Shown here in pieces: positions 19,161 to 28,897 of a stretch of 64,000 nucleotides of DNA. Position numbers and translations under genes: made by a program. The stretch lies in contig JAIOPO010000004.1 of assembly GCA_021413905.1 (NCBI GenBank), forward strand, positions 1,597 to 65,596, given 5' to 3'. This stretch comes from Candidatus Nomurabacteria bacterium. Its GTDB lineage: Bacteria > Patescibacteriota > Minisyncoccia > Phycocordibacterales > UBA9973. Each line of letters opens with the position of its first letter. Position 1 is the first letter of the stretch. Under the pieces are notes generated by a model, which ran no database searches, was not told the origin of the DNA, and was given only the letters and a program-made list of their open reading frames with translations.

Positions 19161-20027
19161 TTAATTGATTGAATATTTTGACCAGCGTTTCTCTCCTGCT
19201 TTCTTAAGGACACCGGAGTTTACCATGGCGACTAATTCTCTTTGTAATGTCTTTTCTCCGCACGTAGAAAGATGTCCGTTAGAAGATTTAACAATGTCCT
19301 TTATCTCTGCAATAGTAGCGTCTTTTTTACCTTGTCCTTTAGATAAATCTTTTAAAATATTAACTATTTCGGATTGTCTGTCCTTTTTCAATTTATCAAA
19401 ATTATTAATTGGTTTTATTAGTGGCATCTTGTCCGTTAAAGCTTTCAACAAAGTGCTTCCCTTTTGGACACCGAGACGAGTAGTCTGATGGTTTACCGGA
19501 GCTGGAATCTGTATCGGATATTTCACAAAAAGCTGTCCTTTATTTTGATCTTTTTTATCTACAGAGTAATTATTTTTATTTTCAGTATTTAAAGAATTTT
19601 CAATATCTTTATCTTGCAAAAGAGTATCTAAAAATATATGTGTTTTATCTTGAGAAAATTCAATCAAAGAATCGTGTAATTTTACAAATTCTCTTTTTAA
19701 AATATCATGATTCATTTCAGAAATTAAATGCACTGTAAAGGCAATGTCCAATAGAGACAAAATCTGCTTAACATTACGGACACCATTATTTTTAAAGGTA
19801 GAAAATGTGTCTGATATAATTTCTACAGCCAATGTCCTTAATTGAATCCTGATAGGTTCATCAGTGTCCATTATGTCCGTAACCATGTATAAAGCGCTTA
19901 TAAGTTTATTTGTTTTTGAATAGGACCCGGAACCAAAACCTTCAGCTTGGTATGGGGCAGGTATTGACGTGGTGTCTTTTATAGAATTAGTCTTGGAAGT
20001 TTTATTTTCTTCAAACATATTGTCCAT
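19161..20027 (-). CDS. Hypothetical protein with C-terminal winged-helix-like domain
   Basis: 288 aa. The C-terminus, ATIAEIKDIVKSSNGHLSTCGEKTLQRELVAMVNSGVLKKAGEKRWSKYSI, resembles a wHTH. Confidence 0.45.
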   Translation of the reverse strand: MDNMFEENKTSKTNSIKDTTSIPAPYQAEGFGSGSYSKTNKLISALYMVTDIMDTDEPIRIQLRTLAVEIISDTFSTFKNNGVRNVKQILSLLDIAFTVHLISEMNHDILKREFVKLHDSLIEFSQDKTHIFLDTLLQDKDIENSLNTENKNNYSVDKKDQNKGQLFVKYPIQIPAPVNHQTTRLGVQKGSTLLKALTDKMPLIKPINNFDKLKKDRQSEIVNILKDLSKGQGKKDATIAEIKDIVKSSNGHLSTCGEKTLQRELVAMVNSGVLKKAGEKRWSKYSIN

Positions 20028-20124
20028 TATATATAAAGGACAAATAAATGCAAGATTATTATTTTCTATTTATACAAAATTAGACTTATCCACAATATTT
20101 TTTTTATGTTAAAATATAATCTAT

Positions 20125-22377
20125 ATGGCAAAAAAAGAAAAAAATTCTAATAAAAAAAATGGGGATAAAAGTGGACGTGTAAATAAAGATTATTCAATGA
20201 AAATATCTACACCAAAAGTAAACTTAAAATCTGAAACAAAACACACGATTGCTTCTATCGCGTGTTTCTTGTTAGCATTATTTTTAATAATGTCCGTATT
20301 TGATATGACAGGTATGGCGGGCAGATTTATTTATAAAGTTTTTCACTATTTATTTGGCTTAGGTTATGCATTATTACCCACTCTTTTTATTTTGCTCGGA
20401 TCTTCTTTTATAAAATCTGAATATCCTCACATAGGATGGGAACGCGCATTCAGTGGATTTTTATTTTTAATTTCAGGACTCGGTATCATAGATATCGCTT
20501 CTATGAAACATGCCGGTGGTATTTTAGGCGAAATCTCTGGAGCACCATTGGTGTATTTATTTGACCCAACAGCGAGTATTTTAATACTCGGTGCAATTCT
20601 AATAATTTCTATTTTAATAATGTTTGATACTCGTCCAGAATTTATTCCTTTCTTTAAAAAATTATGGGCAATAATCACAAGAAAAAAATCTACAGATATG
20701 GCAGAAGAAATAGACACTATACCAACAACAATAGAAAATAAAGAAGAGAAAGAAAAAGAAGAAGACAAAAAAGAAAACACTAGTGAGAAAATAAAAAAAG
20801 CGTTAGGTGTAAATAAGAAAATTTCAAAAGAAGACGAAGAGGAAGAAATGCCGATTAAAAAAATGCGAGCATTGCCATCTACCTACACCCCGCCTCCTTT
20901 GTCTCTACTTGAAGAAGACAAAGGTAAACCAAATACAGGAGATATAAAAGCAAATGCAAATATAATAAAACGCACACTTGCGAATTTCGGTATTGAAGTG
21001 GAAATGGATGAGATAACAGTCGGCCCGACTGTCACACGTTATGCTTTGAAACCTGCCGAAGGAGTAAAACTCTCTCGTATAGTCGGACTTCAAAGTGATT
21101 TGGCTTTAGCACTCGCAGCGCACCCTATCCGTATCGAAGCTCCAATCCCCGGCAAATCACTCGTAGGTATAGAAATTCCAAACAAAGTAAAATCAACAGT
21201 CGGACTCGCTACTCTTTTGGCTGATGACAAATTTAAAAATTCTCCAAAGCCCCTCAATATAGCACTCGGTCGTGGAATATCCGGAAAAGCTGTATTTGAT
21301 GATTTGGCAAAAATGCCACACGCGCTAATCGCAGGAACTACAGGTTCCGGAAAATCTGTCACCATACACTCTGTCATCACTTCCCTTTTATACAGAAATG
21401 GACCAGACGATTTGAAATTTATCATGGTTGACCCAAAAAGAGTGGAGCTGACTCTTTACAATAAAATTCCCCACCTGCTGACGCCTGTTATCACTGACGC
21501 AAAGAAAACAATTCTTGCTTTGAAATGGGCAGCAAAAGAAATGGATAGACGTTATGACATATTGGGAGCTGAATCTGTCCGCGACATTGAGTCATATCAC
21601 AGTACTATATTCAACAAAAATCAAAAGAAAACAAAAATAAATGAAAATGGCGAAGAAGTATCAGATGCACCAGAACGTATGCCATATATAGTCATTATCA
21701 TAGATGAATTGGCGGATATTATGATTGCATATCCTCGTGAACTTGAGAGCGCAATAGTGCGCCTCGCTCAAATGTCTCGTGCTGTTGGTATTCACCTCAT
21801 ACTTTCCACTCAACGTCCGGAAGTAAATGTCATTACAGGTCTGATCAAAGCTAATGTCCCCGCTCGTGTAGCCCTCAAAGTATCTTCTCAAATAGATTCT
21901 CGTACTATACTCGATGCCGGAGGAGCGGAAAAACTTTTGGGTGCCGGAGACATGCTTTATTCTTCAGGCAAAGCTCAACCAGAACGTTTGCAATCAGCAT
22001 ACATAACCGAAGGTGAAGTTAAAAAAGTTGTAAAATATTTATCTGATGCTTATGCTGATGAAATATTGGAAGAAATATCATTAACATCAGGTTCTATTTC
22101 AGCTGATAAAAGTATTTTTGAAAGTACTTTAGATGATGAAAACAGTGATGATGATGAACTTTATGAAGATGCTCGTGCTTGTATCATAGAAGCAGGCAAA
22201 GCTTCTACGTCATATTTGCAAAGAAAACTCAAAGTCGGTTATGCTCGTGCAGCGAGACTCATGGATATGCTCGAAGAGCGTGGAGTGATAGGTCCGGGTG
22301 ATGGCGCAAAACCTAGAGAAGTTTTGGAAAGAATAGAAAGAGATGAGACAGGCAATAATGTAAACACGATGGAATAA
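20125..22377 (+). CDS. ftsK: DNA translocase FtsK/SpoIIIE
   Basis: It has N-terminal TM helices, Walker A (GTTGSGKSV), IIIDELADIM, and a C-terminal gamma domain (ASTSYLQRKLKVGYARAARLMDMLEERGVIGP). Confidence 0.96.
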   Translation: MAKKEKNSNKKNGDKSGRVNKDYSMKISTPKVNLKSETKHTIASIACFLLALFLIMSVFDMTGMAGRFIYKVFHYLFGLGYALLPTLFILLGSSFIKSEYPHIGWERAFSGFLFLISGLGIIDIASMKHAGGILGEISGAPLVYLFDPTASILILGAILIISILIMFDTRPEFIPFFKKLWAIITRKKSTDMAEEIDTIPTTIENKEEKEKEEDKKENTSEKIKKALGVNKKISKEDEEEEMPIKKMRALPSTYTPPPLSLLEEDKGKPNTGDIKANANIIKRTLANFGIEVEMDEITVGPTVTRYALKPAEGVKLSRIVGLQSDLALALAAHPIRIEAPIPGKSLVGIEIPNKVKSTVGLATLLADDKFKNSPKPLNIALGRGISGKAVFDDLAKMPHALIAGTTGSGKSVTIHSVITSLLYRNGPDDLKFIMVDPKRVELTLYNKIPHLLTPVITDAKKTILALKWAAKEMDRRYDILGAESVRDIESYHSTIFNKNQKKTKINENGEEVSDAPERMPYIVIIIDELADIMIAYPRELESAIVRLAQMSRAVGIHLILSTQRPEVNVITGLIKANVPARVALKVSSQIDSRTILDAGGAEKLLGAGDMLYSSGKAQPERLQSAYITEGEVKKVVKYLSDAYADEILEEISLTSGSISADKSIFESTLDDENSDDDELYEDARACIIEAGKASTSYLQRKLKVGYARAARLMDMLEERGVIGPGDGAKPREVLERIERDETGNNVNTME

Positions 22378-22378
22378 A

Positions 22379-22735
22379 ATGAATAGAGATGCTAAAAAAA
22401 TATTCAGTATTGCTTCCCTCTCAGTATTGTTTTTAACAATACTTGTCTATGCTTTTTTCAGCTCAAGATCTTTAATCTTTGGAGTAAAAATTAAAAATGT
22501 AAATATAACAGACGGTGCAAAAGTAGAAAAAAATATTCTAGAAATTAAAGGAAATGCTAAAAATGCAATAAATATAACACTAAATGGACGTGAAATATCC
22601 ATAAATCAACAAGGTGATTTCGATGAGACAATTATATTACTTTCGGGGTATAATGTAATAGACATAAAAGCCAAAGACAAATTTGGCAAAGAAGATGAAA
22701 AAATTTTTCGCCTCATCGGCGAATTCGCCAAATAG
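22379..22735 (+). CDS. Small membrane-anchored protein with beta-sandwich-like ectodomain (hypothetical)
   Basis: 118 aa with a TM helix (IFSIASLSVLFLTILVYAFF). It starts 1 nt after the ftsK stop. Confidence 0.45.
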   Translation: MNRDAKKIFSIASLSVLFLTILVYAFFSSRSLIFGVKIKNVNITDGAKVEKNILEIKGNAKNAINITLNGREISINQQGDFDETIILLSGYNVIDIKAKDKFGKEDEKIFRLIGEFAK

Positions 22736-22768
22736 GCGAAATAATTATTAATAGTTTAAAAAAACAAT

Positions 22769-23824
22769 ATGATTAAAAAAGCAAAAAAAGCGGGCAATAG
22801 TGAAACAATGAATGACAGAGGTTTAGAAGATACACTAAAATCAATCCAAACTAAATTTGGAGAAGGAGCCATAATGAAACTTGGCGAAAAACCAAAAGTA
22901 GATGTGGACGTCGTCCCTACTGGTTCACTTGGTCTAGATATGGCCCTCGGTATCGGAGGTGTTCCTCGTGGCAGAATTATTGAAATATTCGGACCGGAAT
23001 CAAGTGGTAAAACTACTTTAGCTTTGCATATAGTCTCCGAAGCACAGAAAAAAGGTGGTGTGTGTGCATATATTGATGCCGAACATGCGATGGATCCTGT
23101 ATACGCAAAAGCTCTCGGAGTAAAAATAGACGATTTGTTGATTTCTCAACCAGACACAGGAGAACAAGGTCTTGAAATCACAGAGTCTCTCGTCCGTTCA
23201 GGGAAAATAGATGTCATTGTCATAGACTCTGTCGCAGCATTGACTCCAAAAGACGAAATCGAAGGTGATATGGGCCAAGCGCATGTCGGTCGCCAAGCTC
23301 GCCTTATGTCTCAAGCATTACGTAAACTCACAGCCATAGTCGCTCGCTCAAAGACTATTGTTATTTTCATTAACCAAATCCGTATGCAAATCGGTGTAAT
23401 GTTTGGTAATCCAGAAACAACAACCGGAGGTAAAGCTTTGAAATTCTACACTTCTATTCGCCTGGACATTCGCAGAATTGCACAAATTAAAAAAGGAGAA
23501 GAAGTAGTCGGAGGACGCACACGCGTAAAAGTCGTAAAAAACAAAGTTGCAGCTCCATTTAAACAAACTGAATTTGATATTATTTATGGTGAAGGTATTT
23601 CACACGAAGGTGAACTCATGGCTCTCGGAGAAAAACTCGGCATAATAGAAAAATCCGGAGCTTCATATTCAATGAAAGACAAAGAAGGAACTAAAGTTTC
23701 TATGGGACGTGGTTATGATGCTACTCGCACATGGCTAAAAGAAAATCCAAAAGTCGCAAAAGAAATTGAAAAAGAAGTAAAAAATCGCTTTAGTGAAATA
23801 CAAGTGGCGAGTTCGGGAGAATAA
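22769..23824 (+). CDS. recA: Recombinase RecA
   Basis: The motifs [47 protein letters not shown] and others are canonical RecA. Confidence 0.98.
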   Translation: MIKKAKKAGNSETMNDRGLEDTLKSIQTKFGEGAIMKLGEKPKVDVDVVPTGSLGLDMALGIGGVPRGRIIEIFGPESSGKTTLALHIVSEAQKKGGVCAYIDAEHAMDPVYAKALGVKIDDLLISQPDTGEQGLEITESLVRSGKIDVIVIDSVAALTPKDEIEGDMGQAHVGRQARLMSQALRKLTAIVARSKTIVIFINQIRMQIGVMFGNPETTTGGKALKFYTSIRLDIRRIAQIKKGEEVVGGRTRVKVVKNKVAAPFKQTEFDIIYGEGISHEGELMALGEKLGIIEKSGASYSMKDKEGTKVSMGRGYDATRTWLKENPKVAKEIEKEVKNRFSEIQVASSGE

Positions 23825-23866
23825 ATATTTAGTTGATTTTATAAAATATTTTGTTAATATAAATTT

Positions 23867-24445
23867 ATGGCAACATTAGAATACAGTGAAATACGAGAAA
23901 AGAAAATAATATTACATGATGATGAACCTTGTGAAGTTGTAGAAAGCCATGTAGCTCGCACACAACAACGCAAACCTCAAAACCAAGTAAAACTTAAAAG
24001 TTTAATAACTGGTAAGACATTTGCAGCGACATTTCATGTTTCTGACAAAGCAGACGAAGCAGAAATAGAGAAAAGAGATGTTAAATTCTTGTACCATAAC
24101 AAAGGTGAATATTGGTTCTGTGATCCAGCTGATCCTAAAAACAGATTCAAACTTGATGAAATGATGCTCGGTAATACCGTTAAATTCTTAAAAGCAAATG
24201 AAAATGTTTCTGCTTTGGTTTGGGATAATGATGGAGAAGAAAAAATAATAGGACTTAAATTACCTATCAAAATGCAATTCAAAGTAAAAGAAGCTCCCCC
24301 TGCAGTACGTGGAGACACTTCAAAAGGTGGTAATAAATTTATTGTCCTTGAAAATGGTGCATCTATCACTGCTCCGATGTTCATAAATGAAGGCGACACC
24401 GTGATAGTAAATACCGAAAACGGCGAATATTACGAAAGAGCGTAA
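23867..24445 (+). CDS. efp: Translation elongation factor P
   Basis: 192 aa with the three-domain EF-P pattern (HVARTQQRKPQNQVKLKSLITGK ... VKEAPPAVRGDTSKGGNK). Confidence 0.93.
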   Translation: MATLEYSEIREKKIILHDDEPCEVVESHVARTQQRKPQNQVKLKSLITGKTFAATFHVSDKADEAEIEKRDVKFLYHNKGEYWFCDPADPKNRFKLDEMMLGNTVKFLKANENVSALVWDNDGEEKIIGLKLPIKMQFKVKEAPPAVRGDTSKGGNKFIVLENGASITAPMFINEGDTVIVNTENGEYYERA

Positions 24446-24477
24446 ACATTTGACTAAAAATATAAAAAATGTAAACT

Positions 24478-24509
24478 AAAAACACCTACTAATTAGTAGG
24501 TGTTTTTAG
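24478..24509 (+). terminator. Rho-independent terminator after efp
   Basis: Hairpin ACACCTACT-aatt-AGTAGGTGT (24482-24503) followed by TTTTT. Confidence 0.8.
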
Positions 24510-24620
24510 TTCTTTTACATAGTGCTCCCCTGTTTTGAGTTTATTTAATAAAATAATTTCAAAACAGGGGAAGCCGAAAACCTGTTCCAGAGTAGGCACG
24601 ATCAAAAAAAATGAACAAAA

Positions 24621-25259
24621 ATGAAAAATCAAAAAAGTGATCAAAATTTACTTGAGCAAGAAATCTCACAAGAACTTGCCAATGCAGAAAAAATTGCAAA
24701 ACAAGTAATAGCTAAAAAAAACAGAGCTAATTCTTTAAAAGAAGAATTGGACAAAGCAAAAAAAATAAAAGTATCTAGCGTCGTTCATAAATATCAAAAC
24801 CATGCGACTACTGTTACATGGAAAGATATAGAGGAATTCAATATTAAAACCGATAAACTTCTCCTTGATATAATAGAAGAAGTTTTTCAAAAAAACAAAA
24901 CAGTTCACTCTCCAAAACAGACTTATTTTCATTCGAAAATAGAAGAGTACTCAACAGACTTTGAGGTAATCAAAAACCTTAAAATAAATACTTTTCTGAG
25001 TATTGAGGAAATAATAATACTCTGTTATGATCTTATTTTAACAGAAAGATCCGGTAGTGGGCCATTGTATAACTCGGATTTTAAAAAATCAAAAATCCTT
25101 AATCTTGGCTATATAAATCACCCAGATTTAGGACTTGCATCAATCAGACTGGAAAGAAAAAGACTAAACCATTCTGAAGGCGAAGCAAGAGAGTATCACT
25201 TGCATTTTTACAGTGAAACAAGGCGATATTACGCGGGAAATGAATTTCTCGTTAAATAA
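24621..25259 (+). CDS. Hypothetical protein
   Basis: 212-aa ORF bounded by strong terminators on both sides. It has an N-terminal coiled coil and no motif I recognise. Confidence 0.45.
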   Translation: MKNQKSDQNLLEQEISQELANAEKIAKQVIAKKNRANSLKEELDKAKKIKVSSVVHKYQNHATTVTWKDIEEFNIKTDKLLLDIIEEVFQKNKTVHSPKQTYFHSKIEEYSTDFEVIKNLKINTFLSIEEIIILCYDLILTERSGSGPLYNSDFKKSKILNLGYINHPDLGLASIRLERKRLNHSEGEAREYHLHFYSETRRYYAGNEFLVK

Positions 25260-25267
25260 AACAAAGC

Positions 25268-25298
25268 AAAAGCCCCCGACGAAGTCGGGGGCTTTTTT
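25268..25298. terminator. Terminator between the convergent hypothetical gene and rpsR
   Basis: Hairpin AGCCCCCGAC-gaa-GTCGGGGGCT (25271-25293) followed by TTTTTT. Confidence 0.8.
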
Positions 25299-25309
25299 AA
25301 TTGCATTTT

Positions 25310-25510
25310 TTATTTAGCTACGAAAGGCAATAATCCTAGAAATCTTGCTCTTTTGACTGCTGTCGATAGAGCGCGTTGATTTTTAGAAGTCACACCTGTG
25401 CGCTTGTGATTCATTATCTTTCCATTTGGATTCAAAAACTTTTTCAAGATTTCAATATCTTTATAGTCGATAAATTTTATGTTATTTGATGAGAAATAAT
25501 CTTGTTTCAT
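25310..25510 (-). CDS. rpsR: 30S ribosomal protein S18
   Basis: The sequence [50 protein letters not shown] is canonical S18. Confidence 0.95.
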   Translation of the reverse strand: MKQDYFSSNNIKFIDYKDIEILKKFLNPNGKIMNHKRTGVTSKNQRALSTAVKRARFLGLLPFVAK

Positions 25511-25526
25511 AATTTTATATTAACTT

Positions 25527-25982
25527 TTAAAAAGGAATATCTTCAGGGTTTATATCTTCTTCAGGATATTCGATCATATCTGCTTCAGCTTCTTCCCCTT
25601 TTGGTCCGGAAGTCATCCCCGGAGCTGTTTGAGTACCACCACTAGAACCTGCATTACCCTTTGGGCCAAATTGAGTTCTGTCAGCGATAATTTCTGTGCG
25701 ATATTTCTTTGAACCGTCTTTATCGTCCCAACTTCTTGTTTGCATTCTGCCTTCCACTAACATTGAATTTCCTTTCTTCATATATTGAGCGACAGTCTCA
25801 GCTTGTCTACCGAAAACCACAACATTGTGATAATCAGCGGATTCTTGTTTAGCTCCATTTTTGTCTTTCCAAACACGATTTGTAGCCAAAGAAAACGAAC
25901 AAACTTTTATACCAGATGGTAATGCGCGAAGTTCCGGATCGCGAGTAAGATTTCCTATAACGATTGCTTTATTTAGATACAT
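25527..25982 (-). CDS. ssb: Single-stranded DNA-binding protein
   Basis: It has an OB fold (MYLNKAIVIGNLTRDPELR...), a Gly-rich tail and an acidic C-terminal tip (EDIPF). Confidence 0.95.
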   Translation of the reverse strand: MYLNKAIVIGNLTRDPELRALPSGIKVCSFSLATNRVWKDKNGAKQESADYHNVVVFGRQAETVAQYMKKGNSMLVEGRMQTRSWDDKDGSKKYRTEIIADRTQFGPKGNAGSSGGTQTAPGMTSGPKGEEAEADMIEYPEEDINPEDIPF

Positions 25983-26022
25983 AATTTATTTTTGGTTTTT
26001 TAAAAAACCTATTAATTAATAA

Positions 26023-26508
26023 TTAAGCCTCTACCATAGCATCGATTTCTTTATCGATTTCTTCTTTGTTTATTTCAACTGGAGTCTCTTCCCCTTCTTT
26101 CTTTGGAGAATGTTTGTATTTACCCATATCAGCACGGACAAATTTCTTTGTTGCGATAGTATTTTCTTTTACAGTTTTAGTTGTCAAAAATCTGATAACT
26201 TTAGGATCCAAGTCCATTTTCTTTTTCAAGTCAGCGACTTTTTCAGGATTCATTTCAAATTTAATCCAACCAAAATATGCAGTGTCAAATTTATTTCTGA
26301 TATTTTGCACAACTTTAAGCATTTGATATGCAAGGTTGATTTGTTTTGGCATTTCATCAGCAATAACTTCCCCACCCAAAGATGAGATAAGTTCTTTTAG
26401 ATTTCCATAAACAGCAGGCACTTCATCACCTGGAATTGTGGGAACCAAAAGATAACCGACTTCATACACGCGAGCATCAGAATCTGTATTTTTTATATTT
26501 TCTTCCAT
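26023..26508 (-). CDS. rpsF: 30S ribosomal protein S6 (with C-terminal extension)
   Basis: YEVGYLLVP...INLAYQM is S6-like and the gene sits in the conserved rpsF-ssb-rpsR order. At 161 aa it is longer than the roughly 100-aa core. Confidence 0.88.
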   Translation of the reverse strand: MEENIKNTDSDARVYEVGYLLVPTIPGDEVPAVYGNLKELISSLGGEVIADEMPKQINLAYQMLKVVQNIRNKFDTAYFGWIKFEMNPEKVADLKKKMDLDPKVIRFLTTKTVKENTIATKKFVRADMGKYKHSPKKEGEETPVEINKEEIDKEIDAMVEA

Positions 26509-26630
26509 TTTGTTTAAATTTTAAATTAATTAATATATGTCATGGCCATTGTCACATAAGGACAAATGCAGTACAGACGACCTGCTGTATTGAACATATA
26601 AGCTCATATTAGCGAAAAATAGCCTTGTTG

Positions 26631-27422
26631 TCAAACACTAAACACTCTTTTGGCATTTTTGATGATAGCTTCAGCCACTTCGTTCTCAGGAAGTTCTTTT
26701 ATGCGAGCAATGGCTTTCACAATTTCACACACCATATATGGTTCACAAGTTTTACCCCTATAAGGCACAGGGGCTGCGAAAGGCGCATCGGTCTCGGACA
26801 TTATATATTCCAAAGGCAAAAATCTAATAACTTCATCATAATCTGACGTGAAAGTAATAGGCCCATCAAAAGACATCGTAAAATCTATATTCATCGCGCG
26901 TTTTGCGATATTTATATCACCGACAAAAAAATGAAAATTGCCGGACAAAATAGAACCATGTTCTTTTTTATAATTTTCTAAAATATCGAGAGCGTCTTCA
27001 TATGCATCCATGCTCCCCTTTGATGGACGTGCGTGTATCATGAGAGGTTTTTTCATTTTAATTGCAAGCTCGATATGTTTCTTGAAAATTTCTTTTTGTT
27101 TTTCTTTTATATTTTCATCTGCTCCACGAAAATAATCCAATCCGCATTCTCCAACACAAACGACTTTTTTATCTTGCGCCAATATTTCATATTTTTCAAT
27201 ATTAAAAATTTCATTTGTATTATCTGTCGGATGAAGCCCAACTCCAGCCCAAACAAAATCATATTTATTGGCTATTTTTATAGCTTGTTTTGATGTCTCG
27301 TAATCCACACCGATAGTTATAGTGCTCACATTATTTTCTACCATGCGAGCAATAACCCCTTCATGGTCAGCATTGAGAGGTTCTAAATTCAAATGTGAAT
27401 GTATATCTATGTATTTCTGCAT
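26631..27422 (-). CDS. tatD: TatD-family metal-dependent hydrolase/DNase
   Basis: Motifs YIDIHSHLN, GECGLDY, PLMIHARP and ETDAPF. Confidence 0.9.
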   Translation of the reverse strand: MQKYIDIHSHLNLEPLNADHEGVIARMVENNVSTITIGVDYETSKQAIKIANKYDFVWAGVGLHPTDNTNEIFNIEKYEILAQDKKVVCVGECGLDYFRGADENIKEKQKEIFKKHIELAIKMKKPLMIHARPSKGSMDAYEDALDILENYKKEHGSILSGNFHFFVGDINIAKRAMNIDFTMSFDGPITFTSDYDEVIRFLPLEYIMSETDAPFAAPVPYRGKTCEPYMVCEIVKAIARIKELPENEVAEAIIKNAKRVFSV

Positions 27423-28897
27423 TAATCTTTTCGTAAAAACAAAGGCTCAATGGGCATTTTACCTGACTTCACTATTTCAATAATTTTTTTACTGGTTTCC
27501 GGAAGAACGGGCGTCAACATCTGACCTATATTATGCAATTTTATTACCAAATTTTTTATTATTTCCAACGCTTCTTCTTTGTTAGTTTTAACAAGTTTAA
27601 ACGGTTGTTTACTTTGAATTGTTTCATCTAATTCTGTAACATGTTCAAATACAATATTCATTGCTTCTGTAATATTAAAATTATTCATTGCAATCAATGC
27701 AGGCGTCCAGTCTTCAGACAATTGCATTTGTGGAATTTCTACAGGTTTTTCAAAATTCGTCTCCGCCATTTTCATAATTCTACTTGTTAAATTTCCCAAA
27801 CCATTCGCCAATTTTGCATTGTAACAATCTTTAAAACGCTCCATTGTCACAGGAGAATCTTCGAAAGAAGAAATTTCGGAAAGAAGAAAAAATCGCAAAG
27901 CGTCTGTACCATATTCATCCACGATATCTTTCGGATTTATAACATTACCCAAAGATTTTGACATTTTTACACCTCCTCCACCCATAATAAAACCATTGAT
28001 TATTATCTGATGAGAATTTGGCAAATCAGCTGCCATTAGCATCGCTTGCCACATTGCAGACTGAAAACGCAAATTGTCTTTTCCGCAATACTGCGTAGGG
28101 TTTCCATTTACCCAGTATTTTTGAAATTTCTCACTTGCGACAAGACTCTCCAAAGTATCCACACCTTCATCCGCCAATGTAGAAATATAATTCGTCAAAG
28201 CATCAAACCACACATACATCACATGTTCGCTATCGTTGGGCACTTCTATTCCCCACGGCATTTTATTTTTCAACCTTGAGATTGAAAAATCTTGCAAACC
28301 TCTTTCTACAAAAGATTTTATTTCATTAAATCTAAAATCAGGCACGACAAAATCCGGACGTTCTGCATAAAATTTATTCAATTTTTCTGTAAATGCACTA
28401 TATTTGAAAAAATAATTTTCTTCTTTGATTATTTCGAGCTTTGAACCCGGATGATCCGGACATTCGCCATTTTCATTTAATTCAGAATCGGTTTTTTCAC
28501 TTTCACAACCCACGCAATATTTTGTCTCATAATTTTTCTTGTAAATGTAGCCGTTGTTAAAACATTTCATCCAAAAATCTTTAGCAATGTTTTCATGTTT
28601 TTTATCTGTAGTGCGAATAAAATTCAAATCGTCGCTCATTCCAAAAATCTTCACGGATTCTTTGAAATTTAAAAAACTCTGATCTACAAATTCTTGCACG
28701 GAAATATTTTGCCCTTTTGCTTTTTCAAAAATCTTCATACCATGTTCATCCGTGCCAGTGTTAAAATAAACATCAAAATCTGCAAGCTTTTTATAACGAG
28801 CAATACTGTCAGCACGCACAAATTCAAGAGCATGACCCAAATGAAGATCTGCGTTCACATATGGCAAAGTTGTAGTAATGTAAAAACTATTTTTCAT
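27422..28897 (-). CDS. metG: Methionyl-tRNA synthetase
   Basis: It has a HIGH-type motif (PYVNADLHLGHA), KMSKS, and the zinc-knuckle region CVGCESEK...CPDH. Confidence 0.96.
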   Translation of the reverse strand: MKNSFYITTTLPYVNADLHLGHALEFVRADSIARYKKLADFDVYFNTGTDEHGMKIFEKAKGQNISVQEFVDQSFLNFKESVKIFGMSDDLNFIRTTDKKHENIAKDFWMKCFNNGYIYKKNYETKYCVGCESEKTDSELNENGECPDHPGSKLEIIKEENYFFKYSAFTEKLNKFYAERPDFVVPDFRFNEIKSFVERGLQDFSISRLKNKMPWGIEVPNDSEHVMYVWFDALTNYISTLADEGVDTLESLVASEKFQKYWVNGNPTQYCGKDNLRFQSAMWQAMLMAADLPNSHQIIINGFIMGGGGVKMSKSLGNVINPKDIVDEYGTDALRFFLLSEISSFEDSPVTMERFKDCYNAKLANGLGNLTSRIMKMAETNFEKPVEIPQMQLSEDWTPALIAMNNFNITEAMNIVFEHVTELDETIQSKQPFKLVKTNKEEALEIIKNLVIKLHNIGQMLTPVLPETSKKIIEIVKSGKMPIEPLFLRKD

